Positions 19,005 through 29,518 are shown, counted from the stretch's first letter. The stretch is DNA of 64,000 nucleotides from Patescibacteria group bacterium (GCA_041649715.1 JBAZMP010000001.1:436638-500637), one strand, 5' to 3'. The notes: a model not told the origin generated them from the sequence alone. Numbers and translations: made by a program.

Positions 19005-20609
19005 ATGCCAGTACTCGGGGTACGTTACGGACAAAAAGTTCTAATTGGCGGACAAGAGATTAAAGCGGTTGTTGGCCAATCTTCTAAAAATAGTGACAAG
19101 AAGGATTCTTTGGTTAGGGTTGATGATAAAAAAAGTGAAGTTAAGGTCAGGGAGATGCCGGTCATAAAAAAGAACGGCGAATTAAAAAGGGAAGTAAAAG
19201 AGGTTGACGGCCGCAATCTCCCTAGCGAAAAAAATTATTCGTCTCTGCGGAAATTCAAGAAGTTCTGGAAATTAGGCGTTCAAGAACTGAATACCGAGTA
19301 TTTCGATATCAATCAGCAGGGGGTGCTGACCGTCAAGGAAGGGAATAATCAGTATAATATCCAGCAGCTGGTGGAAAAGTACGGTTCGCCGGTGGAAATA
19401 TATTTCCCCTTTATCCTGGAAGAAAGGCTGACCAGCATCATTGATTTGTTCAATTTTTACATAAAATATTTTAAATACCGGGGCAAATTCTATTATCATT
19501 ACCCGATGAAGGTAAATCAGAACAAGGAGATCATCCTGCCGATCGTCAGCGAAGGCGCCAATCTTGAGGCCAGTTCTTATAATGAACTGTATTTGGTGAA
19601 AAAACTTTGGGAGCAGGGCAGTTTTCACGAGAAGATCAAAGTCATCTGCAACGGCCCGAAAACGGAAAAATATCTGGCCTTGATCGAGGAACTGAGAAAT
19701 AATAATCTGTCGATTATTCCCATCATCGAGGACAATAAGGAGTTGGAATTTTTACAAAAGTACAAAGGCGATGTCGGTATCCGCGTGGATTTGAGAACTA
19801 AGGTCCGTTCGCACTGGGATAAAAAGATAAATCGCTACGGTTTTACCGAAGAAGAAATAAAAAAGATCGGCAAAGTCAGGAATTTAAAAATACTCCATTA
19901 CCATTTGGGTTCACAGGTCGAATATCTGGATGATATTTTCAATTCGGTCAAAAAGGGGATGGAAGTGTACGTGCAGCTTAAGAAGAAAAATCCGAGTCTG
20001 GACACGCTGGATATCGGCGGCGGACTGCCTATTCCTTACGACCGCAAAAAACACTACAGCATTGACAGCCTGGTAAGGAAAATAATCCGTCATCTTAATT
20101 CCGTGGCGGATCAGAAAAAAATAGCGCCGCCGGACATCATCTGCGAATGGGGGCGATTTGTCGCCGCGCCGTCGCAGATGACCGTGTTTAAAATACTTTC
20201 ATCCAAAACGATACCCAAGGGTAACGCCAAGGCCTGGTATGTCATTGACGGCAGTTTTATGAATGATCTAATGGATACCTGGGCGATTCATCAGTGCTGG
20301 CATGTTTTGCCGGTGAACCATTTGATGGCAAGCAAGCTCAACCGATGCTGGTTGGCTGGACTAAGCTGCGATACCGACGATAAATATATCGCGCACGGCC
20401 ATTATATCTTACTGCCCAAAATAACAAATTTAAAAGAAGGGGAAAGCCTCTACGTCGCTTTCTTGGACACCGGCGCCTATCAAAACGCTTTGGCTTCCCA
20501 TCATTGCCTTCTTTCCTGGCCGGCCAGGCTTTTGGCGGAGAACGGCGTTGTGAGACAGATTAGAAGGCATGAAACGCCTGATGACGTCGGCAAAATCTAT
20601 GGCTGGTAG
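19005..20609 (+). CDS. PLP-dependent fold-III decarboxylase, biosynthetic arginine decarboxylase (SpeA)-like. The true start may be downstream of 19005.
   Basis: PMKVNQNK (PLP-lysine region), HLGSQ, GGGLPIPYD glycine-rich loop, and a C-terminal beta-barrel domain. The K-rich N-terminal 100 aa may not be translated. Confidence 0.55.
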   Translation: MPVLGVRYGQKVLIGGQEIKAVVGQSSKNSDKKDSLVRVDDKKSEVKVREMPVIKKNGELKREVKEVDGRNLPSEKNYSSLRKFKKFWKLGVQELNTEYFDINQQGVLTVKEGNNQYNIQQLVEKYGSPVEIYFPFILEERLTSIIDLFNFYIKYFKYRGKFYYHYPMKVNQNKEIILPIVSEGANLEASSYNELYLVKKLWEQGSFHEKIKVICNGPKTEKYLALIEELRNNNLSIIPIIEDNKELEFLQKYKGDVGIRVDLRTKVRSHWDKKINRYGFTEEEIKKIGKVRNLKILHYHLGSQVEYLDDIFNSVKKGMEVYVQLKKKNPSLDTLDIGGGLPIPYDRKKHYSIDSLVRKIIRHLNSVADQKKIAPPDIICEWGRFVAAPSQMTVFKILSSKTIPKGNAKAWYVIDGSFMNDLMDTWAIHQCWHVLPVNHLMASKLNRCWLAGLSCDTDDKYIAHGHYILLPKITNLKEGESLYVAFLDTGAYQNALASHHCLLSWPARLLAENGVVRQIRRHETPDDVGKIYGW

Positions 20610-20669
20610 ATTGCTCGTTGTTATTTTAAAAGAGACTTATAAATATGTTCGCTTAATTATCATATTATT

Positions 20670-21956
20670 ATGAAAGCAAAAAATTTCTTATTTGTTTCTT
20701 GGGAAAGCTTGAGCGGGGATGTCGCTTGGCGGGTACAGAAAGAGGGCCATCATGTCAGGGCCTATATCGACCGGAAGGATGATTCAGATGTTTATGACGG
20801 GCTTTTAGAAAAGGTAAAAAAATGGAAGGATCAGATTGACTGGGCAGATATCGTTGTTTTTGATGACGTCGGTTTCGGCCAGGAGGCGGACCAACTGCGC
20901 CGGGCCGGAAAAAAGGTGGTAGGCGGCAGCGAATATACCGATCGCTTGGAGGATGATCGGGAGTTCGGCCAATCGGAAATGAAAGATACCGGCCTCCAAG
21001 TTCTGCCCCACTGGGATTTTGAAAATTTCCATGCCGGCATAAAATTTATCCGGGAGAATCCGGGCCGTTATGTTTTCAAACCAAGCGGCAAGGCGCAAAG
21101 CAACAAGGATCTGCTTTTTATCGGCGAAGAAGACGAAGGAAATGACATCCTGGAGTTGCTGGAAAGCAATAAAAATCAATGGCGAGAAAAGATAAAGACT
21201 TTCCAGCTGCAGAAATTCGCCGCCGGAGTGGAAATCGCGGTCGGTGCCTTTTTTAACGGTCAAGAGTTTATTACCCCGGTCAACATAAATTTCGAGCATA
21301 AACGGATGTTTCCCGGTGATCTCGGTCCGCTGACCGGCGATATGGGCGCGTTGATGTTTTGGGCCCAGCCCAACGGTTTCTTTAATAATACTCTGGCAAA
21401 AATGGCGCCCAAAATTGCGGCCTCCGGTTACGTGGGCTATCTGGATCTTAATTGTATCGTTAATGGCCGGGGAATTTATCCGCTGGAATTTACTTCCCGA
21501 TTTGGTTACCCGACGATTGACGTGCAGCTATCCAGCCTAGAAATGCCGATTGGCGAGTTTTTATACCGTCTGGCTTCAAAGGAAAAATTCGAAATATTGG
21601 TCAAAAAGGGTTTTCGGATCGGTATTTGCTGCGTGACCTCGCCTTATCTCTCCGAGGATCCAGCCGATATCGCCACTTACCGCGATCTTTCTATTTTATT
21701 CCGCCGGCCTAATCCTGATTGGGAGGGCATTCATCTTGGTGATGTAAAAATGGTTGACGGTCAATTACGGGTGGCCGGGACTTCCGGCTACAGCCTGGTC
21801 GTCTCCGGCGGGGGCAATACGGTTGATGAGGCGCGCAGGCAGGCTTATAACCGGGTAAAAAATATCCGTCTGCAAAATATGTTTTATCGGGTCGATATTG
21901 GCGAGCGCTGGCTGACAGACAGCGATTTGCTGCAAACCTGGGGTTATCTCAAATAA
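20670..21956 (+). CDS. PurD-family (phosphoribosylamine--glycine ligase-like) ATP-grasp enzyme.
   Basis: Collinear similarity to PurD: GDLGPLTGDMGA vs GDKDTGPNTGGMGA, EFTSRFGYP vs EFNCRFGDP, SGGGNTVDEARRQAY vs ALGHTVAEAQKRAY, and a terminal DIGERW vs DIGWRA. Confidence 0.6.
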   Translation: MKAKNFLFVSWESLSGDVAWRVQKEGHHVRAYIDRKDDSDVYDGLLEKVKKWKDQIDWADIVVFDDVGFGQEADQLRRAGKKVVGGSEYTDRLEDDREFGQSEMKDTGLQVLPHWDFENFHAGIKFIRENPGRYVFKPSGKAQSNKDLLFIGEEDEGNDILELLESNKNQWREKIKTFQLQKFAAGVEIAVGAFFNGQEFITPVNINFEHKRMFPGDLGPLTGDMGALMFWAQPNGFFNNTLAKMAPKIAASGYVGYLDLNCIVNGRGIYPLEFTSRFGYPTIDVQLSSLEMPIGEFLYRLASKEKFEILVKKGFRIGICCVTSPYLSEDPADIATYRDLSILFRRPNPDWEGIHLGDVKMVDGQLRVAGTSGYSLVVSGGGNTVDEARRQAYNRVKNIRLQNMFYRVDIGERWLTDSDLLQTWGYLK

Positions 21957-22013
21957 TTGTAATAGAGAAAACATGGGTCAGGTCTTATCGCGCAATTAAA
22001 AAATATCTATAAC

Positions 22014-24683
22014 ATGTCTTTTATCGGAAAAATTTTTGGCGATGGCAATAAGCGGGTTTTGGATAAACTGACGCCAGTTTTGGCCGAGGTCAATAAATTT
22101 GAAGAAATGATGAAAAAATTGCCTGATGCGGATTTTATTCATAAAACACATGAATTCAAAGGGATGTTGGCTAAGGATCCGTCAAAGATCGACCAAATTT
22201 TACCGGAAGCCTTTGCCATGGCGAGGGAGGCGGCTAAAAGGACTTTGGGCCAAAGGCATTTTGACATGCAGATTCTGGGCGGACTGGTCCTTCATCAGGG
22301 CAAGATCGCGGAAATGAAAACCGGTGAGGGCAAAACATTGGTCGCGACCTTGCCTTTGTATTTAAACGCCTTGACCGGCCGTGGCTGCCACCTGGTTACC
22401 GTGAACGATTATCTTGCCAAACGTGACTGCGGCTGGATGGGGCCGGTATATTACGCGTTGGGGGTGAGTGTGGCCGCCATCGTCCATGAAGAGGCTTTCA
22501 TCTTTGACCCGGATTTTGAAAACAAGGAGGCGATTGACCCTAAGGTAAGACACTTAAAACCCGTCAACCGGCGGCAGGCTTATGAGGCGGATATCACCTA
22601 CGGGACCAATAATGAATTTGGCTTTGACTACTTGCGCGATAATATGGTTCCCGACTTGCCGTATATGGTTCAGCGGGAATTGAATTACGCGATTGTCGAT
22701 GAAGTAGACAGTATCCTGATAGATGAGGCGCGTACCCCACTGATTATTTCCGCTCCGGCGGAGGAATCCACGGAAATGTATTATAAATTTGCCCAGCTTA
22801 TTCCGCAGCTTGAGGAGGGGACAGATTACAATATCGACGAAAAAATGCGGGCCGCCACCTTGACCGAGGAGGGGATGAATAAAATGGAAAAAAAGCTCGG
22901 CCTTTCCAATATCTATGAAGCCGGCGGGATTGAGCTGGTCCATCATCTCGAACAGGCGTTGAAAGCGCACGCCCTTTTTAAAAGAGACAAGGATTATGTG
23001 GTCAAAGAGGGAGAAATTATCATCGTGGATGAATTCACTGGTCGTTTGATGTTTGGACGGCGTTATTCGGAGGGTTTGCACCAGGCCATTGAGGCGAAAG
23101 AAGGTGTGGAGATAAAAAAGGAAAGTCAGACGTTGGCCACCATTTCATTTCAGAATTACTTTCGCATATATAAAAAACTGTCTGGAATGACCGGGACAGC
23201 GGCGACGGAAGCGGAGGAATTCCACAAAATCTATAATCTTGAGGTGATTGTCGTGCCAACCAACAAGCCGATGATCAGAAAAGACTCAAATGACAGTATC
23301 TACAAGTCAGAAAAAGGTAAATTCATGGCTATCGTCCACGAGATCAAGCGCCGGCACGAAATCGGCCAGCCGGTGCTGGTGGGCACGATTTCCATTGAAA
23401 AAAATGAATTATTGGCGGAATTGCTTGAGCGGGAGGGGGTGCCGCATAATGTGTTAAACGCCAAGCAGCACGAGAGAGAGGCGCAGATTATCGCCCAGGC
23501 CGGAAAATTCGGGGCGGTCACCGTGGCCACCAATATGGCCGGTCGCGGCGTGGATATTGTCTTGGGCGGTAACCCGCCGGACGAAAAAGAAGCGCAAAAA
23601 GTAAAAGAAATCGGCGGTCTGCACGTTTTAGGGACCGAGCGTCACGAATCAAGGCGGATTGACAATCAGCTCCGCGGCCGCACCGGCCGCCAAGGCGATC
23701 CGGGCTCATCCCAGTTTTTTATTTCCCTGGAGGATGATTTAATGAGAATCTTCGGTTCAGGCCGGATGAAATCCTTCATGGACCGTCTGGGGGTGCCTGA
23801 GGATATGCCCATTGAAAATAAAATGATTTCCCGGTCGATTGAATCGGCTCAGAAAAAAGTGGAAGGTAATAATTTTGACATCAGAAAACACCTCGTGGAA
23901 TATGATGACGTGATGAATAAGCACCGCGAAGTGATTTACAAGAAACGTCAGCAGATTTTGAATATCAAGCCCGAAGATTTGAGAAAATCATTGATGGAAA
24001 TGATCGACGGAGAAATCGAACAAGTGGTTTTGTTTCACACCACCGCCGAAGATGAAAGGACCTGGAATTTGGATGAGATATACGAGGTGGTTGATACGAT
24101 TTTTCCGGTGCCTCTTTCGACCCGTGTCAAGCTGGAAGATCTGCGAAAAGAGGCCGGTGACAAAGCGGACGATGCCCGTTCACGTTCCCACATCATTGAC
24201 TACCTAATGTCTTTGGCAAATAAGGCCTATGATCAGATGGTCGAACAAATAAATGATACGAACTTCATGCACCAGATCGAAAGGGGAATAATTTTGCGCA
24301 CTATTGATACCCTATGGATCGAACATTTGGACCAGATGAATTATATGCGGACAGGTATCGGCCTGCGCGGTTACGGCCAGCAGGATCCTTTAGTGGAATA
24401 CAAAAAAGAAGCCTTCCAGATGTTTACCCAGCTGATGAACAATATCAACGCTCAGATTGTCTACAGCATCTATAAAATTCCTTTGGCGCAAAAACAAATG
24501 GTTTCTCCGATGCAAACGCAGAAACAGATAGAAACCGCGCCGGCCAAGGTTAGCGTTGAACAGAATGCTCCAGCTGACGGCATTAAGGATAAACCAAAGA
24601 ATGATTCAGGGAAAAAAATCGGACGCAACGATCCCTGCCCTTGCGGGAGCGGGAAAAAATACAAGAAGTGCTGTGGGAAATAG
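22014..24683 (+). CDS. secA: Preprotein translocase ATPase SecA.
   Basis: 889 aa with DEAD-like motor motifs, a preprotein cross-linking domain, and a C-terminal zinc finger [14 protein letters not shown]. Confidence 0.95.
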   Translation: MSFIGKIFGDGNKRVLDKLTPVLAEVNKFEEMMKKLPDADFIHKTHEFKGMLAKDPSKIDQILPEAFAMAREAAKRTLGQRHFDMQILGGLVLHQGKIAEMKTGEGKTLVATLPLYLNALTGRGCHLVTVNDYLAKRDCGWMGPVYYALGVSVAAIVHEEAFIFDPDFENKEAIDPKVRHLKPVNRRQAYEADITYGTNNEFGFDYLRDNMVPDLPYMVQRELNYAIVDEVDSILIDEARTPLIISAPAEESTEMYYKFAQLIPQLEEGTDYNIDEKMRAATLTEEGMNKMEKKLGLSNIYEAGGIELVHHLEQALKAHALFKRDKDYVVKEGEIIIVDEFTGRLMFGRRYSEGLHQAIEAKEGVEIKKESQTLATISFQNYFRIYKKLSGMTGTAATEAEEFHKIYNLEVIVVPTNKPMIRKDSNDSIYKSEKGKFMAIVHEIKRRHEIGQPVLVGTISIEKNELLAELLEREGVPHNVLNAKQHEREAQIIAQAGKFGAVTVATNMAGRGVDIVLGGNPPDEKEAQKVKEIGGLHVLGTERHESRRIDNQLRGRTGRQGDPGSSQFFISLEDDLMRIFGSGRMKSFMDRLGVPEDMPIENKMISRSIESAQKKVEGNNFDIRKHLVEYDDVMNKHREVIYKKRQQILNIKPEDLRKSLMEMIDGEIEQVVLFHTTAEDERTWNLDEIYEVVDTIFPVPLSTRVKLEDLRKEAGDKADDARSRSHIIDYLMSLANKAYDQMVEQINDTNFMHQIERGIILRTIDTLWIEHLDQMNYMRTGIGLRGYGQQDPLVEYKKEAFQMFTQLMNNINAQIVYSIYKIPLAQKQMVSPMQTQKQIETAPAKVSVEQNAPADGIKDKPKNDSGKKIGRNDPCPCGSGKKYKKCCGK

Positions 24684-25102
24684 CAAAAAAATCTATGAGT
24701 AAGGTTTATATTTTTGGGCCAATTCATCTGTTTGGCGAGGATTATCTTCCAGTATATAAACATTTAGGGAATTTGTGCAAGAAGCATTTCGATGAGGTTA
24801 TTTGCACGTATCCCGATTTCTGGGATTCTAAAGAAAGTCCGCCAGAGTTTTATGCAAGAACATATAAGACAATTACGAAATGTGATCTATTTATCGGAGA
24901 AGTAAGCGCTCCGTCAATAGGCGTTGGCATGGAATTCCAAATGGCTCAAGAGAAAGATATCCCCTGTATTGCTTTATGCAAAAAGGGAGTAAAGCCGTCA
25001 AGCATGGTTCTAGGCATACCTTGTGTAAAAAAAGTCATTTATTACGAATCTTTAGAAGATATGTCGAAACAACTTGAAGGTGCCATGGAAGTTAGTTATT
25101 GA
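24641..25102 (+). CDS. Nucleoside 2-deoxyribosyltransferase-fold (Nuc_deoxyrib_tr-like) protein. The likely start is MSKVYIFGP at about 24698.
   Basis: VYIFGPI...E...[22 protein letters not shown] matches the NDT-fold pattern (Rossmann-like, conserved Glu). Confidence 0.55.
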   Translation: MREREKIQEVLWEIAKKSMSKVYIFGPIHLFGEDYLPVYKHLGNLCKKHFDEVICTYPDFWDSKESPPEFYARTYKTITKCDLFIGEVSAPSIGVGMEFQMAQEKDIPCIALCKKGVKPSSMVLGIPCVKKVIYYESLEDMSKQLEGAMEVSY

Positions 25103-25114
25103 AAGAATAATCAT

Positions 25115-25609
25115 ATGGAAAATAATAACCAATATCTTCACGAAGTTGCCATTACGGCCATTATTGTGAAAAACGGGAAGTATTTGATTACCAGGCGGTC
25201 GCCTGCCAAGAAGAGATTTCCCGGTTTGTGGACGGTGCCAGGCGGAAAAATGGAAACGAACGATTATCTGAAATTGCCGAAAGACACGGAATTTTATTGG
25301 TATAATGTCCTTGAAAGGACTTTGCGCCGGGAAATAAAAGAAGAAGTAGGCATAGATATTGAAAATATCGAATATGTGACTAGTCTGGCCACGGTTCACG
25401 CGGATGGCAGCCCGTCACTGGTGATTTCTTGCGTGGCCGATTATGTCTCCGGTGAAGTCAAGCTTCAGGTTGAAGAAAATGACCAATTCGCCTGGGTTAG
25501 CTTGAATGAAGCAAAAAACTACAAGCTTCTTGACGGTATTTATGATGAATTAGTCATGGTTGAAAATAAGAGAAATGGCAAGAGAACCGAATGGCAAAGA
25601 TTCAAATAA
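25115..25609 (+). CDS. NUDIX hydrolase.
   Basis: NUDIX box GGKMETNDY...ERTLRREIKEEVGI. Confidence 0.8.
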   Translation: MENNNQYLHEVAITAIIVKNGKYLITRRSPAKKRFPGLWTVPGGKMETNDYLKLPKDTEFYWYNVLERTLRREIKEEVGIDIENIEYVTSLATVHADGSPSLVISCVADYVSGEVKLQVEENDQFAWVSLNEAKNYKLLDGIYDELVMVENKRNGKRTEWQRFK

Positions 25610-25652
25610 TTCTTGCGGACACCTAAATAAAAGCAAGTAAAGTTGTGGGAAA

Positions 25653-25690
25653 TAAAAAGGCCAGCTTCGCGATGAGCTGGCCAGACTAGG
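25653..25690. terminator. Bidirectional hairpin terminator between convergent genes.
   Basis: Stem GGCCAGCT/AGCTGGCC flanked by an A-run on the plus side and a T-run on the minus side. Confidence 0.5.
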
Positions 25691-25702
25691 CTAAGATTGC
25701 CT

Positions 25703-26056
25703 CTAATTCCCGTTCCGTACAGGATGAATCCACCCGACTTCTATGCCGTCAAGAGTGTAGATGTGAAAACCGTGCTGACCGGAGATGTATTGTGGTCTTT
25801 GTTCTCCCGGCTGAAATACATCAATCCAATCAGTGGTTTCTCCTTTGAATATCCAGACTTCCTTGATTCGCACGGGGTAGGAGTTCGTGTTCTTGATCCA
25901 GCCAGACGTGCAATAGCCATGGACGACGATACCGGCCGCGGCTGATTCTGAATTCAGGAATTCCGGATCTTTGCTGGCGGGCTTAACTTGGCAGCTGTTT
26001 GTCAGCAATAACAGGGCGACTAAGGACAACATGGCAATGAAATGAACGGTTCTCAT
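25703..26056 (-). CDS. Secreted or lipoprotein-like hypothetical protein.
   Basis: N-terminal signal peptide MRTVHFIAMLSLVALLLLTNSC, with a Cys close to a lipobox-like position. Confidence 0.5.
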   Translation of the reverse strand: MRTVHFIAMLSLVALLLLTNSCQVKPASKDPEFLNSESAAAGIVVHGYCTSGWIKNTNSYPVRIKEVWIFKGETTDWIDVFQPGEQRPQYISGQHGFHIYTLDGIEVGWIHPVRNGN

Positions 26057-26219
26057 CCTTTTCTCCCTTCTCCTCTCGGGTAAAAAGTTGAAGGTTCAGC
26101 TAATCAACGATTACGAACAGCAAATATTAGCACGTATTGATAGTTTTGTCAAGACAGAAAATGGGCTGCCCAGTAATTATCAAGCAAAATTATAATAAAT
26201 TAAACATAGTACCAAGCTC

Positions 26220-26834
26220 ATGAAAAAGGGCAAAATAATCGCGGTAACGGGCGGACCAAGAAGCGGCAAGAGTACGCTGGTTAAGTTGTTGTCCGAATAT
26301 TATGGCGGGATTGCCTATCTGGAGGGCGAAGAAAGGGATTTCCCCGCAAGAATAATTAATGATATTAAGAGGGGAGAGAACATATTAGAACTAATACTGT
26401 ATTTCCGCAATCTGACTATTGAGCAACATATTCATGCCTTGCGAGAAAAAGCTAAGGGCAAATATTGCTTTATGGACTGTTTTTGGCTGACTAATCAGGC
26501 CTATACAGACGCTTGGGTTAAAGATCAATTTGAGAAGGATATGTTGAATAGATTAATTAAGTATGATGAACAGTTGTTGGGCTGGCCGGATAAAATCATT
26601 GTTTTGGAGAATAGTGTAAAAGGGGTAAAAAAGTTTTTACAAATGGGCGGAAGGGAATTTGAACAATCAGATGAATATCTAGAAAAACAGCAACAGATTC
26701 ATCGTCTTCATAATATTCTATTCGAAGATTTGAAGAAGAAAAGAAAGGACATTATTATTCTTCATAGAGAGGGATTTGATTTTATTAAAAATAAGGATGA
26801 TATTCAAAAAGTAACACAGCTGCTGGATAATTGA
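26220..26834 (+). CDS. P-loop nucleoside/nucleotide kinase-like protein (deoxynucleoside-kinase-like fold).
   Basis: Walker A IIAVTGGPRSGKSTLVK at the N-terminus. About 200 aa, the typical size for dNK or NMP kinases. Confidence 0.55.
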   Translation: MKKGKIIAVTGGPRSGKSTLVKLLSEYYGGIAYLEGEERDFPARIINDIKRGENILELILYFRNLTIEQHIHALREKAKGKYCFMDCFWLTNQAYTDAWVKDQFEKDMLNRLIKYDEQLLGWPDKIIVLENSVKGVKKFLQMGGREFEQSDEYLEKQQQIHRLHNILFEDLKKKRKDIIILHREGFDFIKNKDDIQKVTQLLDN

Positions 26835-26873
26835 GATAATTTATATTATAAATATAAGGCGGGTAAAAATAAT

Positions 26874-27314
26874 ATGGTTGTGGAAAAAAAAGTTGGAGTA
26901 GGATTTGGCGTGATGCTCTTTAATAATGGAAAAATCCTTTTGGGAAGAAGAAATGCTGATCCGAACAAAGCCGATTCCGAGCTGCATTTAGAAGGAACTT
27001 GGACCATGCCCGGCGGTAAGCTTGAATACGGCGAGTCTTTTGAAGATGGGGCAAAAAGAGAAGTATATGAAGAGACGGGACTTAAGCTTAATGAAATGAA
27101 AGTTATCTGCGTGAATAGCGACAGAAATGAATATGCTCATTTTGTTACGATTGGATTATTTTCGGATAAATTCAGCGGAAAGCCGAAAGTTAAGGAACCC
27201 GATGAAATTGTTGAATGGCAATGGTTCGACCTTGATAATTTGCCGAGTCCGTTATATTTTCCGAGTGCCAAGGTCTTAGAGAATTACAAGAGGGGACTTT
27301 TTTATATTCCATAA
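26874..27314 (+). CDS. NUDIX hydrolase.
   Basis: NUDIX box GGKLEYGESFEDGAKREVYEETGL. Confidence 0.8.
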   Translation: MVVEKKVGVGFGVMLFNNGKILLGRRNADPNKADSELHLEGTWTMPGGKLEYGESFEDGAKREVYEETGLKLNEMKVICVNSDRNEYAHFVTIGLFSDKFSGKPKVKEPDEIVEWQWFDLDNLPSPLYFPSAKVLENYKRGLFYIP

Positions 27315-27323
27315 TTTACTATT

Positions 27324-27701
27324 ATGAAGATCGTCTTTATTTCCGGACCGTTAACGACTGGCGGTCGGCCGGAAGACAAGAATTACGTTAGGAACAACGT
27401 TAAAGAAGCCGAGAAGTATCAGATCGCTCTGGTCAACGCCGGCATCGGCTGTTTTTGCGCCCACACTCATACCGCCGATCATCACGCCAAAGGTAGTCTG
27501 GCGCCGGAAACTTTTTACTATGAAATGGATTTTGAATTTTTAAAAAGATTAGCGGATGCCTTACTTGCCATGCCTGGCTGGGAAAAATCAAAGGGGGCCA
27601 CAAAAGAAGTCGAATGGGCGAAGGAAAACAAGCTCCCGATCTTTTATCCGAAATCGCCTGATGATATTAATGATATTATTGATTGGTCGCGTAAAAAATA
27701 A
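27324..27701 (+). CDS. DUF4406-like protein with an NDT-fold (nucleoside 2-deoxyribosyltransferase-like).
   Basis: MKIVFISGPLTTG N-terminus and overall pattern typical of DUF4406. Confidence 0.55.
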   Translation: MKIVFISGPLTTGGRPEDKNYVRNNVKEAEKYQIALVNAGIGCFCAHTHTADHHAKGSLAPETFYYEMDFEFLKRLADALLAMPGWEKSKGATKEVEWAKENKLPIFYPKSPDDINDIIDWSRKK

Positions 27702-27751
27702 TAATCAATTTTAATACAACATATATCATTTTTTGTTATTGATTTCCTCTT

Positions 27752-27780
27752 GACAAACCCCGAAAAATGTGCTAATATTA
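27752..27780 (+). promoter_or_regulatory. Sigma70-type promoter (TTGACA, 17 nt spacer, TAATAT) upstream of the FG-GAP/LDT gene.
   Basis: TTGACAaaccccgaaaaatgtgcTAATAT, followed by a GGCCGGAGGCC hairpin in the leader. Confidence 0.55.
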
Positions 27781-27904
27781 AGGTATTGTTCCTTATAAAC
27801 AAGGAAAACAAAAACAAAAACACAAGAAGGCCGGAGGCCCTTTATTTGCCTCTGATATACAAAATATCAACAGCAATACGGGCCTCTGGCCATCACCTCT
27901 TTTC

Positions 27905-29365
27905 TTGTTTTTTAAGGAATGGGACAAAAATAAAAACAAAAAGAAAATGAGAACACACATCCGCTTTTGTTTAGTGGCTTTAATCCTTTTCTTAGGGATT
28001 ATTTTTTTATACCCCAAAAACGTTTCAGCCGCCGGCCAAATTGTGCCGGAGGTAAAAATTTTTGAGAACGGCGTTCAGACGAAGAGTTTCTATGGTTTTG
28101 ACCTGGGTTTTCGCGGCGGTGTGAGAGTTGCGACGGGAGATGTTGACGGGAATGGGGCTGATGAGATAATCGTCGCCGCGGGCGTAAACGGCGGACCGAA
28201 TATTCAGATTTTTAAGAATAACGGCGAAAAGATGATAAGTTTTATGGCTTACGATATAAAGTTTAGAAACGGAGTAAAAGTGACCTCCTGTGACGTTAAC
28301 AACGACGGTAGGGATGAAATTATAACCTCGCCGGGTTTAAGGGGCGGACCAAATGTCAAGATATTTAACGTTGGGGGCGAACAACTTAGAAGTTTCATGG
28401 CCTATGACATTAATTTTCGCGGCGGCGTCAATATCGGTTGCGGAGACGTTAACGCTGACGGCCTGGCGGAAATAATTACGGGAGCCGGTCCGGGTGGCGG
28501 CCCCCATGTTAGAGTTTTCAATCAAAAAGGCGAAAGTTTGAATATGGATTTTTTCCCGTTCAGTTTTAATAATAAAGGAGGGGTGAATATCGCTGTCGGG
28601 AATGTAACCGGCGATGAAAGACCAGAGATCATTGTTTCGGTTGCCCAATTTGGCGTACCGGTTATTGAGGTGTACGACGATCAATGGCATAAGCTTTCGG
28701 GTTTTTATGCTTATGACGTTGAATTTCAGGGCGGAGTAAATATAGCGACCGGCAATATTGATAATGACAATTATGATGAAATAATCGCGGCGGCCAATAC
28801 AGGCGCCGGACCTCATGTCCGCACCCTTGATTACTTAGGCAACAATCAGGAATTGAACTTTTTTCCCTATCCGGTTGATTTCCGCGGAGGAGTCTTTGTC
28901 GCCTCCGGCGACGTGATTGGCGACGGGAAGGATGAGATTATTACCGGACCGGGATTTTTAGCGGATACTCGTTATTCCCAGTACCCGAAATACATTGATA
29001 TCGATATTAGTGAACAAAAACTGAAGGTAATTGAGAACGGGCAGGAGATAGGTGATTATCAGATATCTTCCGGTAAACCGGGAATGGATACGCCCGGCGG
29101 AATTTTTACCGTTCTTAGCAAAAGCCCCACCGCCTATTCAAAAAAGTATGCCTTGTATATGCCATATTGGATGCAGTTCTCCGGCCAGGGCCACGGGTTG
29201 CACGGTCTACCGTATTGGCGCTTACGCGGTGGCGGCGTGATCAAGGAGGGAGAAAATCATTTAGGAATTCGTGTCTCGCATGGTTGCGTGCGTTTATCTT
29301 GGGAAGATGCAGAAATAGTTTATAATTGGGTCTCGATCGGCACACCAATAATTATTCATAACTAA
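27905..29365 (+). CDS. FG-GAP/VCBS-repeat beta-propeller fused to a C-terminal L,D-transpeptidase (YkuD) domain.
   Basis: Signal peptide plus TM, then about 7 repeats of GDV(D/N)GDGxDEIIxGxGxGGGPxV(K/R)(I/V)F. The C-terminus carries the SHGCVRL catalytic motif of L,D-transpeptidases. Confidence 0.8.
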   Translation: MFFKEWDKNKNKKKMRTHIRFCLVALILFLGIIFLYPKNVSAAGQIVPEVKIFENGVQTKSFYGFDLGFRGGVRVATGDVDGNGADEIIVAAGVNGGPNIQIFKNNGEKMISFMAYDIKFRNGVKVTSCDVNNDGRDEIITSPGLRGGPNVKIFNVGGEQLRSFMAYDINFRGGVNIGCGDVNADGLAEIITGAGPGGGPHVRVFNQKGESLNMDFFPFSFNNKGGVNIAVGNVTGDERPEIIVSVAQFGVPVIEVYDDQWHKLSGFYAYDVEFQGGVNIATGNIDNDNYDEIIAAANTGAGPHVRTLDYLGNNQELNFFPYPVDFRGGVFVASGDVIGDGKDEIITGPGFLADTRYSQYPKYIDIDISEQKLKVIENGQEIGDYQISSGKPGMDTPGGIFTVLSKSPTAYSKKYALYMPYWMQFSGQGHGLHGLPYWRLRGGGVIKEGENHLGIRVSHGCVRLSWEDAEIVYNWVSIGTPIIIHN

Positions 29366-29518
29366 ATATAATATTTATAATAAGATAGCTTGATGTAGTT
29401 ATCTTTTTTATATAACAATTTTTATCTTTGACAAAAACTATATCTAGCGCTAATTTTAAGGTCTTAAGTCGTTCATTCGCCACATTGTCAAATTTTCCGC
29501 CTAAAAGGAGGATTAATC

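Noticed and set aside
22126-23709. ORFs of 63-175 aa overlapping secA on both strands.
   Set aside because: Embedded in the SecA reading frame, with no independent signals.
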